Positions 35,191-48,294 of a DNA stretch of 64,000 nt are shown piece by piece; the stretch's first letter is position 1; every line of letters begins with the position of its first letter. The position numbers were made by a program, and so were the translations under genes. Origin of the DNA: a virus (taxonomy: Duplodnaviria; Caudoviricetes); IMG/VR virus record IMGVR_UViG_3300013426_000018, positions 109,970-173,969 of that record; one strand, written 5' to 3'. The notes below the pieces were generated by a model. That model made no database searches and was not told the origin of the DNA. It saw only the letters and a list, made by a program, of their open reading frames with translations.

Positions 35191-35616
35191 TTAAGCAGTT
35201 CTAATAGCTGTTAAGTTAGCATTCTGGACGTTTATTGCAATTGTAGAGGTATTTTCTACGCTTACAGAAACACAACAGCCACGGGGGACCTCAATAAAAG
35301 TATCTCCATGAACATTAAAATAATTATCAGCTACAGCTGGGGTTACTATCATAGTAGTTGCGGGAATCGTCTCTCCATTTAAAGCAATTGCTAATTGAAT
35401 AGGACCAACTGTCCCGCCAGTAGGAATAGCAATATTGCCAGTAAAAGTAACACGATATCTTGCTCTGCACTGATCGGTTAAACCGCGGAGGGTGACTAAG
35501 CCACTACCTGATCTGTGGATAATATTACAATTGCCACTTATCACTGTATTGGTAAAATAAACATTTTGTCCAGCATTAACAGTTTGTACTGCGTCAGCAA
35601 TAATTTCCATAATCAT
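35191..35616 (-). CDS. beta-sandwich protein (BclA C-terminal/C1q-like), unknown cassette
   Basis: All-beta pattern (YRVTFTGNI, LAIALNGE, VSVEN.S...INVQNANL). Confidence 0.65.
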   Translation of the reverse strand: MIMEIIADAVQTVNAGQNVYFTNTVISGNCNIIHRSGSGLVTLRGLTDQCRARYRVTFTGNIAIPTGGTVGPIQLAIALNGETIPATTMIVTPAVADNYFNVHGDTFIEVPRGCCVSVSVENTSTIAINVQNANLTAIRTA

Positions 35617-35632
35617 TAATCCTCCTTAAAAA

Positions 35633-36355
35633 TTAATTTCCACAATTACAAGTGTTATAGCCATAAAGACCATAATTATAGCATTGAGGAGGACTTACCT
35701 GATAAGCAGGGATTGGGCTTGGACGCAATGTATTTACCAGATAATTATTCTGAGCCTGCTGAGAAGCCGCAAACTTCAAGGTCTAGTTCTCGTTCTGTAA
35801 AGTAGCAATTTTATCCTAAGTTAAGAAGTCTAAAATAGAACGAATACCAGCATTATTATTATCAATAATATCACGAGTACTATCACAAATAGCCCTACGA
35901 GTATCGCAAGACTGAGTAGCTAAATTATAGTTAGTATCAGCGAAACCTCTTTCGAGAGTTCTCTGTGTGGTACAACAGCAACTAGAAATCTAATTAGCAA
36001 TGTTATTAAAACCTTCTTGAGTCTGATAACCTAAAGTGCAAACAGCATTATCAACGCCATGGAAGCCATTAGTAATACCGTTATTTAAAGCATAAGTAGA
36101 ATCAGCTAATCCATAAGTCTATTGATCTAATTTAGAAATTAAAGTCTACTGATCAACAGCAGCCCGCACATCAGCTTGAGTGGCACAAGGAATGTTATTG
36201 CCTTCACCCCAGCCTCCACGGCCCCAGATGAACAAGAACAGAAGGATAATCCACCAACCGGAATTCCCACCAAACATACCATCATTGTTGTAGTCATTGC
36301 TACGAGTAGCCGCAGCAACATCCGCTAAGCTATAACCATTATTACTATTAAACAT
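35633..36355 (-). CDS. Gly-rich TM plus coiled-coil protein with Cys-rich tail, unknown cassette
   Basis: GWWIILLFLFIWG, SCCCTTQR, SQQAQNNYLVNTLRPSPIPAY...CNCGN; several TAG=Gln. Confidence 0.8.
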
Positions 36356-36370
36356 AAAATTTTTTCCTCC

Positions 36371-36601
36371 TTAAAGTCCCATATTTCTTCGGAAATTATT
36401 GAACTCTTGGTCAAAATCTACGCCTTTCTCTTTGCAAATATTTCTTGCTATTTTTTCGATTTCGGCAATTTGACCTTGTTGAGCCAATTGTAGGAGATTA
36501 GCTCCTAATGGAGTATTTGCTTGCTATTGTAACATCATCATAACAAGCTATTGAGGGTTTTGTCCTTGTTTAATTAGTTGAACGATTTGCGTAGGATTCA
36601 T
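36371..36601 (-). CDS. small Gln-rich hypothetical protein, unknown cassette
   Basis: AGGAGG RBS; MNPTQIVQLIKQGQNPQQ...ARNICKEKG. Confidence 0.75.
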
Positions 36602-36613
36602 AACATTTCCTCC

Positions 36614-37021
36614 TTAAAAATTTAACAGTCCAGAAGAAGCCGACTAGGTCTCAGATGCTTTTGGCTATTCTTTTTGCGGTTTAAGCGAAGCTTTTATCTA
36701 TTCTAATGCCTATTGGAATTCTTCTCTTGTCACAAAATTTGTGGCCATACTCTGCTATGTGTCCTACTGTATTTGAATAGGTCGTAGTTCATACATATTT
36801 AAAGTAGCCGTGCCATCAATATTAATCTGTTTTGTATAAATGCGTTTATTGGCTAAATCTGGGAAGTAGAAAATTGAACCATCAAAATCAATAGGCGAAG
36901 CCTTTGCCTCTTCTATTGAAGAAACCATACGTCCTTTTAAGGCCATCGTTTGTGGCTATCGCATATATTGATTTATTGGTTGCTATTGTGGATAATAATT
37001 ATAGTTCTAATTTGGGTACAT
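36614..37021 (-). CDS. hypothetical protein, first gene of the unknown cassette
   Basis: AAGGAG RBS; Y/Q/P-rich N-terminus, LKGRMVSSIEEAKASPIDFDGS, FVTREEF. Confidence 0.78.
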
Positions 37022-37124
37022 ATGAGAGTATCTCCTTTCTATCTCAAAAAATCTTTTATCCTTTCCCTCATTATAATGTAAATTTTGTGACAGATTTATT
37101 ACATATTTTTGACCTGAAAATGGC

Positions 37125-37172
37125 AAAAAAAAAATTTCCCCGACAAGTTTTACTATCTTGTCGGGGGTTTTT
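37125..37172 (-). terminator. intrinsic terminator after holin
   Basis: CCCCGACAAG / CTTGTCGGGG hairpin with U tract. Confidence 0.8.
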
Positions 37173-37179
37173 ATTATTT

Positions 37180-37578
37180 TTAAGAATTTTTTTTAGCTAA
37201 TTTAACTTGAGCTTCAATCATACTTTCAATGAATTTATCTAAATCTCCATAGATACTAGCTAAATACTTTTTAGCTTCATCACTAAGAATATTCATAACA
37301 GCTTCTTTGGTCTTATTAAAAGCTTCCTTTTGAGCAGCTTCATCAAAAGCTCCAGTTTTCTTTAAAGCTTCTACATAAGTCTAATTCGTTGCTTCGACAC
37401 AAGTACAAATAGTTTCAGTCAACATTTTAATATATTTACTTGCTAAAGCATTATCTGTGCTATCAGCTATTTGATTTCCCTTCGCTTTTAGATATTGAAC
37501 TAGATAAGTAGTTAAAACACCTAGAAGAGGAATAACGCAAACATAAAAAATTTCTTGTAAAAGTTTTACCCAATCCAT
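37180..37578 (-). CDS. putative holin (LL-H-like)
   Basis: Single N-terminal TM helix; V.ATN(Q)TYV..LK...IEAQV pattern. Confidence 0.65.
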
Positions 37579-37595
37579 AAATTTTCTCCTTTATA

Positions 37596-38216
37596 TCAAA
37601 GAATTTCCCAATAGAGATCAAATCCATTTTCTAAAGTAGATAATCTATTATAGATTTCTTCCACTGTAGAAACATCGTATTGATAATTTTCACTATCATT
37701 GCCAACAAATTCCATACCATGTAAGACTTTACTTTTTGAAGGCTAAGTGTTTAAATTATATAAATATTTTATACTTTTTCCGTCTTCTGTGCGGGTAGTC
37801 TAATAAAATTTAATAGAAAAAGTTACGTCCCCCGCAAAAACGGTAGCAGGGCCTTCAATGACCCAAGGGAATGCTATTTTTTCATCTTCAGCAAAGGTGG
37901 TCACATCTTTATAAGTTGGGACATATATATAACCGCTCTTTCTGGCTTCTGGGTCAGCATTTTTATATTGAATTAAAACAGTTATATCATCTGACCCTAA
38001 GTCCTTCATATCAAAATAACGGTCACATTTAAAATAGATAGTTTCCGCACGATGGTCATATTGAACACTTAAAAACTAAGGAGCATTAATGATTCTAGTT
38101 TCTAAATTTATTTCATAAATAGGCTCATCTTTTGGAAGTGGAATAATTTGATTCTATTTATTCTTACTATTTATTTGATGTAATAATTCATTATAATCAA
38201 CAGGAGAAGTAATCAT
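37596..38216 (-). CDS. BppU-like baseplate/tail-associated protein
   Basis: DHRAETIYFKCDRYFD.KDL ... FPWVI..AT..AG.V.FSIKF. Confidence 0.6.
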
Positions 38217-38238
38217 AATAATTCACTCTCCTTATTTA

Positions 38239-40023
38239 TTATATAGAAAGCACGAACAACGCAGTAGTTAACTCAGGGCTCTCATTAAGAACTGAAGTAT
38301 CTTTATTATATTGATTAATTACTTTTGCGTAATAAGTGCCAGTATGATTAGGAGTACAAGTTTCTCCAAGGCCTAAAGAAGTAGCTTCGGTTTTACTTAA
38401 TTTCTCAAACCACTCAATGGTATAGCTATCAGTCCTTTCAGGATTAGCAAAGTCTATCTCAACAGAAAGAGGAAGAATTGAATCTGGGTCAAAAGTAGCT
38501 CCTGTAGCCTCCTAATCTCCGTACCGATAAGTTAAAGTAAAATCACTAGCGGGATAAGTAACACGCATATCTTCGCTAATAGTTTCCTTTATATCTTTAT
38601 TTCTCTCGTTAATAGCTTTGATAGAGTAATAACCTTCCTCGTTGACAGTTAGAGTTTCGTTGGTTTGTCCTTCTAAAATAGTAGCCTTATCACTTTCATT
38701 GACTTTTTTATACCATTGGTAGGTAGTTTTTCCGCCATTAGAAGTAATTATTGGGCTTAGAGTAATAGAGTCATCTTCTATTTTATAATGCTCAAAATCT
38801 TCCTCAATATTGGGAGCTTCCGCAAAATTAATAAGCCATTTTTCAGAGTTGACTTCAGCAGAATTACCCCGTCCAGCGGCATTAGTAGCTTTTACATAAT
38901 ACCATCCAGCTTCTTCTGGCATATAAGAAGTATACTTATAATAAAGGACTTCTCCGCTTTCAGTTTTACCTCCACTAATATTGCCAGAATACTTTTTATA
39001 ACTATCTCCATCTTTAATATAATAAATTTCACTAGAATCATTTGTGTTTATAGTAGATTCAATTTCTGTATAAGATTCTTTTTTATTATTTTCTGTTATT
39101 TCATTCCCTTTATCATTTTCGATCACAGAATGATACCACTTATAACTGATTGTACCGAAGCTATTAGTATCTTCTTTCTTGTCAAATTTGGCTCTAGTAT
39201 TAAGACCTTTAGCTAAATCAATAAGGTCATAATTGCCAATAAGAGGATTGTAAAAAGATGATTCAAAAATAGGAATAGAAGCAGGGTAATCAAGTCCATA
39301 AGAAGAGCTATTTTTATATAATGCCATAACCGCATCCGTGTTATCTTCCAATAAAGCTTGATAATAAGCATCATCACTTAAATCAAAATCTAAGCCAGGA
39401 TTTATTTTGATAGTTGCAGTTAAAGTGCTAAAATTATATTTTAAAGTAAATTTACTAGAATCTTTTTCATCCTATTCTCTTGTAAAGAATCTAACAGAAA
39501 ATTTTAAATTGCCAGGGATTTTAGTGATATTTTCACTAATGGGCCAACCAAAAACAACTTTTCCAGGGATTAAATTTACTGTTTTATTAATAGCAAGTGT
39601 TAAACCAGTATCTTTTTGGTTTACTCCTTGGGCTGGAGCTTCCCATTGGATAAAAGCTTCTTGTTCAAATAAATCAGTAGCATCAAAATATCTATCTATA
39701 GAAAAATAAATAACTTCAGCAAAATGATCGCCCTAAACTCCAATGCCATTTTTAAAAGCATCAGGAATCTTAATAGTTCTTGTATTAGCATTTATTTCAA
39801 AAGGTTCTTCATCGGTTATGCCAGGTAAGATGAGAAAATAAGGATCTGCTTTTTTCTCTACTACTAAATCTTTAAGGTCTTCTAATACGGTAAAATAGTC
39901 ATTAATATCATCAAGACTATCATCATTACCAAGAACTCCTGAGTTATATTCCTTTAAGATTTTAGTAGCCTCAGCACATAATTCGCTATAGTTATTACCA
40001 TTATCTTTAGTAATCATGTACAC
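38239..40023 (-). CDS. BppU-like N-terminal plus Ig-like-domain structural protein
   Basis: Track ORFs 39733 and 38512 share a frame via TAGs; GDHFAEVIYFSIDRYFD; Ig-like YQWY...GYY.V.A.N repeats. Confidence 0.7.
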
Positions 40024-40046
40024 CTTTTCTTCCTTTCTTATAGAAT

Positions 40047-40080
40047 AGGGAGTCCTTTTTCAGGACTCCCCTCTTTTTTT
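40047..40080. terminator. stem-loop terminator
   Basis: AGGGAGTCCT / AGGACTCCCCT. Confidence 0.65.
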
Positions 40081-40106
40081 TATTAAAAAGTTTTTATTAA
40101 TAAGTA

Positions 40107-40313
40107 TTACTCTTGACCATTTATTTCATACCAGCTATCTAAATCCCTCTCAGAAATAATAACTGTTGATACTTTCTTAACTCCATTCGTTAAAAGTTTA
40201 TCTTTACTAGCAGTTAATTGATATTTCTTTACGCAAGGAGTCCCAGGTAAATAAATACCAGTAGTAATAGTACCATTATCACCTAAATAAACAAAAAGTT
40301 CATTTTTTATCAT
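40107..40313 (-). CDS. small hypothetical protein (tail-fibre-chaperone-like position)
   Basis: 68-aa ORF with ATGA overlap with the giant gene. Confidence 0.7.
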   Translation of the reverse strand: MIKNELFVYLGDNGTITTGIYLPGTPCVKKYQLTASKDKLLTNGVKKVSTVIISERDLDSWYEINGQE

Positions 40314-43300
40314 TTATTTGTTCCTCCTTTATAGAAAGTCCAATTGAATAAACCAGCTTCTTGATCACCTCTTACGAAATACTAAAATAGCTAATAATTG
40401 CCAATTGTATCATCAATCTTAGAATACTTATTACTATAAATAATAATATTCTAAAAACCTTGATCAAAGGTTCCTGTTATACCATAATTTTGGCTGAATA
40501 AGGCAGAAGGCTCTTGCCCAAGGGAGTTATAATACTCAAAAGAAAGTAAAGAAGGTTTATCAGAACTCCCAAGCTATAGTGTCCATCCTTGCAACATATA
40601 CTAACTATTAAAGGCATCTGGATTAGCGTATCTTAATTCTCCGGGAATATATAACGTAACATTAGAATTAGTTGGACAAGAAAAAGCTCTGTTAAAAGCC
40701 TGCTATCCAACTATAAACATCTTTGAACTTAACCCATGGTTTGGCTATGAATAAATTTCAGCATCTAACTCACAATTGACAAATGCTTTTGTATCAACAA
40801 ATCTGATTGTATTTGGTGTAAAATCGAAATACTTTAAATAAGATACTTGAGTTCCATAATTATCTATATGGGTTTGTTCATTCTCGAAAGCACTAGCTCC
40901 AATTTTTAAAATATTACTCTTTTCTTTCTCGCAGAATACATGAGTAATTTTCTGTTTATCTGCAAAATTGCTATCTACTAAAATAACTGTTGCAGTGACT
41001 TCATTTCCGGAAGTATCAATATAAGTACCAGTGGCAGGAAGTGTAATTTTACCCTATAAAATTAATCCAGGTTTAATTGAAATTGCACATCCTTTGAATC
41101 CACCTTCATAAGAAGGAGAAGGTACTCTATCATTTCTATTTGAAAAGTAACTATTCATACTCAAATAGTAATCATCATCGGTATAGGTAGCTGGGGCAAA
41201 AGTAAACCATTCTGGATGAATAATGGTGCGAACATCATTAAGTTTACGATATTTAGCATAAAATACCATGTCGCTCATAGAAATCATGCTCTCAATATCA
41301 TCAAGCTTATCTCCACCATTAGTTAAACTATATCCTACAAAATCCCAAGTTTCATATAACCCCATATCAACGTCTTCAGGGTGATAAGGAATAGTATTAG
41401 GAGTTATTAAATTCTTACCATAATCAATCTAAAAAGATTCAATTTCACTATCATCATAATTTTTATAAATAATATTAAAGGCATGAATACGAAATATAGC
41501 ATAATAAGTATAATCAAATTGATTCTCAGTAATAACTTCTTCCCAAGCAGTACCTTTAGTATATTTTGGGGTCTTAGTATTCCTGTCTGTATCCCAACCC
41601 AAGAAATCATAATAATCTTTTTCAGGTTTATATAAAATCCAAGGGTCTTTAAAAGCAGTATTTCCTGCATTAAACTCTTCAATAGAAATTTTCTAAATAG
41701 AAGGCTAAGTTATATTAATATCTTTAAAACTAACATATTTTTCACTGTTGGTTCCAGCATCCCAAATAACAAACTTTGCACTATACCCTTTAGTAACTCT
41801 ATTAACAAAAATTGTTAAATCTTGATATTTCTATTGTAAAGCATAAATGTCCCCTTCATCGATGGCCGTATCATTATCTATATAAATAATACCACTAATT
41901 ATCGGCTTAGTTGAAGAAGTCTCTCCTTGGAAATGTGAATCCGTATCCTATAAAGCTACAAGCATATCAAAACTATCATTGTTTATCATTAAAGAATCCT
42001 CAAAATATCCTTCATTATAATAATACATTTGACCGCTTAAAACTTTTCCAGTGAAATCTTTATCCGTAGAATAAGTATAAGATTCAAGCCCATAATGCCC
42101 ATTGTCATAATAATATTTAGTACTGTTATTAGCGTCATAGATAGCTCCTTCAGTTAACTATTCATATGGACTCCAATTAATATCTTTCATAACAATAGTA
42201 GGAGATTTATCGGTATCTTTATAAGCTAAATATAATCTCTTTAATAACTTATAACTACCATAATGTAAAGAATCTTCACTAATTCTTAAAGACGTAATTG
42301 AAGAGTTCATTGCTCCTGAATAGATGTCTTCGCTACCTTCATTAAAATATCCTTCAAGATATAAACCTTGGGGAGGTATTGGACGACCGTCTTCTGAGAC
42401 ATTGTCATAATTAATCTATTTTTCTTTACTAGTAATTAAAATGGTTAAAGCATATGGATTAACAAGATTTAGTCCTGTCACAGAAGCAGGTAAATATAAA
42501 GTATTTAAAGCCGGAGACTCAGCAAATTTAATACTTACAAGATTACTTGCACCAATAGCACGAAAATTCTCCAGTTTCTAAGATGCAGTTAAATCAACAA
42601 CTTGCTCATTTTTAAAACCTAAATTACTTAAATTCATTTCTTTAAGTAAGGGCATTGTCGCTAAAGACGTTTTACCAACATTATGATTATACCAAGTTTT
42701 TTTAATAGTCTAAGCATTATCTAAAAAATCTGTACTACTAGGAGCATCATGCCCAAGTTCAAACCGAATCATTTTATCAAATGAGCCATTCATCTCAATT
42801 TCTGCCCAGTATAAATTATATAGATTGCTTATTTCAGACATTAAATTCATTCCATAAATATAGCATAACTATTCATGATAATTAGCTTTTGTAGCAAGTC
42901 CTAACCTCAATCCGCTCATTTCATACTAGACAGTATTTATACCATCAAACTTTTGAGAGGGGTAATTAGTATCTTGGTCTTCACCAGCAATAACATAACT
43001 ACTGCGAATAGGACGCATATTTATCCAATACTCACCATCAAAATCATGTCTCTTAATTCCGTATTCTATATTATCCTACCAATAATTAGTAATTTTATCA
43101 TCTGTATACTCACCAATCCAATTATCAGAAATACTAGGATTAGAGGACATATCGTTAGCAGAAATACGACCAACAATACTATTAGTACCACCACGAGCAT
43201 AATTACCTTGGCCCAACCAAGAATCAATATAATCCATACGATTAGATAAGAATTGTTTTCTTGACTATTGTCTATCACCTTGAAGAGCATAGAAATAAGT

Positions 43301-46300
43301 ACCATTATCAATTTCGTGATAAGCACCATTCCCTATATACCAACCAACTTTTAATTCATTAGCTTTTGAATTAGTAATAGTAATATATTTAAAATACATA
43401 TCCAAATTGGTAGCAATTAAAGGCCTAATTCCGCGACAAGCAATATTATCAGTAATTTCTGGATCAAAATTATACCATTTTTCAATATTCTCAATAGAAG
43501 TTAAAGGAGCTTTATCAGTATTAATTTTATCAAAAACATTCTAATCAGTTCCTTTTAGATTCTTATAGGCAGCAAGGATATAAGAATCTTTAAAACAACT
43601 ATAAAAATTATTCCATAAAACACTATCAGATGTTGAAAAGTTATTCGCTTCAGTAGCATCAACATTAAATTCAAAAGAGGGGATACCAGAATTGTTAATT
43701 CCTAATTGAGTATCAATATCATAGAAAATAGGATACCAAATATACTCTCCACCCTCTTCTTGCGGACCCCAAGAAGCCATCATACAGTTTTTACCACGAG
43801 AATCATAACATTCAAAGAATTCAGTCATAATGAAATAAACAGATAAATATTCCATATCAAAATGTTTATTTACTTCACTCTTGAATTTTGCAATACGATA
43901 TTCTTTTGTCTCATGGGTATAAGAGATACCATAATAAGTTACTGTAATTGGTTCATAATATAATCCCTAATTAAAGGCTTCCTCTGTAGGAGTTTCTACT
44001 TTCGTATAAGCATCAGATTTCTTTGGATTGCCATTTTCATCATACTAATGAGTTTTATTAATAAAAGTATAATATTCTTTAGATATATCAAATGCGCCAC
44101 TTGCGGGAGCCATTATTTTATCACAGATTTTATCTAGCTCTTCTTCATTTAAAGATATTAATTCATAATAATCAGAAATCTAGCTATCAAAAGAATCAGC
44201 ATCAATTAATTGATAAAGATCATCAACTTTTTTATAATAAGTATTTTTCTTATAAAGATATTTTTCTTCACAGATATAAGCATTTCGATAAACGTCTTCA
44301 TTTTCATCATACTCATAATATGTTTTTGAAGAATCGTAGCTTACAGCTGGAGTATATCCACCATTATCATTTTGCTCATAGAATTTACCTACAACAAAAA
44401 TCTATTTACCAACAGGGGCTATTGAATAACCACCTTGAGAAGGGACAGAAGACGTATCAGTGCTCCAAACCCATTGGCAAACTTTTTCCCAATTTCGATA
44501 TAAATAGAGTAAATACTTACCGGCCTTAAGAGCTTCATTTGGATTTTCAGAATTAACCACTCCAGGAATAGGATAACCATTTTCTTCAGAAAGACCAAAA
44601 TCTTTCTACATTCCAGTAATTGTGTCAGCAAGATCCTAGGGGTCTGCTGCAGCTGGATTCATTAAAACATCTAAATAATCTTCATTAGCATTGTATCGAT
44701 ATTCAAAATTATCTACGATATTTAAGCCCATATTTGCATTAAAACGACCATCTTTAGCATCTTCTTCCTTATCGCGTAAGAAAGAAAGTTTTACTCTATT
44801 CTGAGGATCTTTAAAAGAGCAATACTATCTATTATTGGCTGAGAATTCCCAACATTCAGCGATATCTTTAACTTTAGCGTCTTTACCTTTAATAGTTTTT
44901 ACATATTTGGTAGTAATCTTTTTATTTGGACTGAAACCTAAAACATCATCACTACCCTTATCCAAAAGCATTCTATAATAGCCAATGAATAAATAACTAC
45001 CATCGGTTCTCTTTTGGAACATCATAAGAGGGAAGCCCTCCATTGAAGTCCTATAATCATCCCAAACTATTCTATTTTTAATAGGACTATTTAAGTTTTC
45101 TGTCCCATCAAAAGCTTTTTTATCAATATAGTCTTTTAAAGGATGCTTAGTATAAGCATTGCCAGCCATATTAGCAAAACCTGCGTTATAAGATCCAGAA
45201 GATTCCATATAATCAACCTTAAGAGTCCATCTATCAGTAGCATTAGTATAATTATTTAAATACCAGCCATCATTTAAACGACATTCTTCATGACCATAAT
45301 ATTTGGGGTCTTCTTCTACTTTAGAAGATTCCTCAACATATTTATTAGCATAGGGGCCTCTATTCATATATATGCTTAGAAGACTTTCTTTTTCAAAAGT
45401 TCCACCCTCTGGTTTAGAAGCATCTTCTGTCCAAACGTCTACATCTTTACATTTAGTCTTTCCTTTAAAATTTTTTCTAGGATAAAACTAAGAAGAAGTT
45501 CCTTGTAAAGTTAAAGAAATTCTTTCCTTTTCTGGAATAGCTTCATCAATTAAATCCTCAGAAATAGTTGTTGTAAAAGAAGGACAATGGTGTTTATAAT
45601 AAATTTTAACAGCTTCTTCAATTTTATCTCTATTAGTTTCACTCTTTGAAATTAAACCATCATTTTTACATAAATCTTCAAGTTCACCATTTCGATAAGC
45701 AAGTTCCAAAGGAATATTAACGAATTCTGCTTTCACACAAATTGCGTTACCTGCTTTACTATAAGGTAAATCATCTGTCTTATTGACAGAAGTATCTAAA
45801 ATCATATAGGGCATCAAATAAGTATTACTTAAATGAGTTTCGTTATAAGTATTTATTTTATTAAAATCTAGCTAATATTCACCCAATACATCATTACTTA
45901 TGGCTAAAGACATAGTCTAATCATAAATTACAACGTCTTTACGATCAACGGCATAATTAATACAAACGTCACTAATATCCAAAAAGTCATTATAAACTCT
46001 TAATTTATAAAGACTAATATCACAATTGTTTGAATTAAAAACAATTCTAGCATCTCTAATTTGGAAAGTTTCATTTTCCAAGCTATTCTTAATAACACCG
46101 GTAATAACACCATTGATAAAAATAAATAACAATTTTAAGTAATAATTATATGAAAATGTTAAATTTATCATTTCCTTTTCGACAAAAGAAACACTTAAAG
46201 TATTCTATCCATTAGTAAAGAAAGTATCCTATGTACCAATGCAAATACCAGTAGAACCAGTATATAAACTCATAACAAGATTTTTTGTATTTATAATTTT

Positions 46301-48160
46301 TAGGATATAATCAAAAAGTAAATTATCATATTTAATGCCTTTAGGGTTTAAATTTTTTCCATTAGAATCTAACCAAGAGCTCTTGGATAAATTAGCCTAT
46401 AGAAAAGCATCATAGTTATTATACTAAGTCTAATTCTAATCAATGAAAGCATTATACCAATCAGTATCTTTAAACTCTGGGTCGTCATCGCCTGTAGCAG
46501 CTGGGTCCTTGTATTTATATCTTGTAACATTTGTAACTAAATTAGAATAGTTCTAAATATTCGTTAATTTTAACTACACTTCAACAGTATTACTTAGTTC
46601 ATTTGCGGTTGAGCCACTAAAAACAAGATTTCCAATAGGAATCTCCAAAGAAGCTCCATTAGAAATTTTTAAACTGGTTTGAATATCATCATCCCATTTG
46701 CCCCAGCCATTATTATGCCAGTTGAAATTATTAAAACTAGCACTAATACCATTATTACTATACTTTTGTCTATTAGCTTTAGACTCATTATTAGAACGAC
46801 CAGTAGGATCAAAATTAAATTTTAAAGCACTCTGTTTAATAATTTCCATAGGTCTTTCTGGGTCCCGTTCAATGGTAATAGTAAATTGACGAAATACATC
46901 GCCACAAATAATTTTATAAGTACTAACACCTAAACCCTCATAAGGGATTTCCCAATAAGTGTATTCAGTCATATTGGTAATATTAACTTCACCAATATTT
47001 GAATTATTTCTATTATAAATAATATGAACACTATTCACATTGCTTGGATTATAGACCATATAAGGAATAGTAATAGTTTCGTAATTATAATATTTATTCT
47101 TAAAAGTTCCCATCCAAATGATAGGCGTAGAATTGCCCTATTCATAAATAGGAATCTCATATTCCAAAGCTGGAATTTCAATGTTCTCATCTTTGACAGG
47201 AATGTCATAGGTTCCACTATTATAATGCAATTGAATCTTAACTTTATGATATCCATGAGTACAATACTCAGAGGGAACTGTAATAAATTGGGTGCCAGAC
47301 TCACTTGATTTTAAAGGAACTTCTTTAATAATATCATCATCAAAATAATATGTTAAAATTTTCTAAAGATTACCTTCAACCACACAAGTCAAATTAACAG
47401 GATTATTTGCATTATATCTAATAGTTGAAGAAAATCCACTCGGATAATTTAAACTCAATGGAGAAGTCATTACAGTAAAAGATTTTACATTAGGCTTATC
47501 ATGACCTTGGCTAGATAAAGTTAATGTAATTTCAGAAGTAGCAGATTCTCTTAACCCTTCTAACTCTACATAAGTTCTAACTTCATTATCAACAGTCATC
47601 TAACCCTGAATATATGGGGTATTGGTTGTTCCCAAAGAAGATTTAATAGCCACGCTCCAGCTTAAAGTCATTCTATCGTCTACTGGAACTCCATCTACTT
47701 TTGCAGCAACAGGTGTAAAATATATTTTCAAACTTTGCCCATTAACCATATTCGCAGGAACGTCTTCAATATTTAATCGAGGTCTTAAATTATCTCCTCC
47801 ACCACCGCCAGATAAAGCAAGAATTTCGCAAATATAATACTCATCATTAGAATCAAGAACTTTGTAAAAAGTCCCATCAGCGTTAATAATAACATCATTT
47901 TCTTTTGGAGAGTCTTCTTTCTTTTCCATAGCACTTTTTGGAAAAAGATAATTCTTTGTTACAGCGTCTTCTTGAACAGTATCAGCATTTCCATAATAAA
48001 TTGCGGCCCCTGAGCCACCTAAAGGGATACGTCTATCTTCGGTATCTAAATAAATTTTTCCGCTATCAGTAGCACAGTAAAAATATCCTTTAGTCAGTTC
48101 ATGTTCAGCAATTTTTGCTTCTGTCCCTTGGACTGGACGGAAAGAAACATTATTGTCCAT
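40310..48160 (-). CDS. giant (~2616 aa) putative virion protein with LamG-like, CotH-kinase-like and leucine-rich-repeat regions
   Basis: Eight track ORFs share one frame separated by TAGs; QGTSS(Q)FYPRKNFK, LKVDYMESSG, DSRGKN, FYDIDTQLG; not every codon checked. Confidence 0.8.
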
Positions 48161-48195
48161 CCATAAATCTCCTTTCTATCCTTGTATAAAAAAAA

Positions 48196-48227
48196 TGGGA
48201 GAGGATCACATAAAAATCCTCTCCCAA
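48196..48227 (-). terminator. intrinsic terminator
   Basis: TGGGAGAGGAT / ATCCTCTCCCA hairpin with U tract on the minus strand. Confidence 0.75.
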
Positions 48228-48294
48228 AGTGATTTTTATTTCTTCATAAGAAATAAAAAGTTTTTTAGAAAAATTATTCTACTTTAACCAGAGA

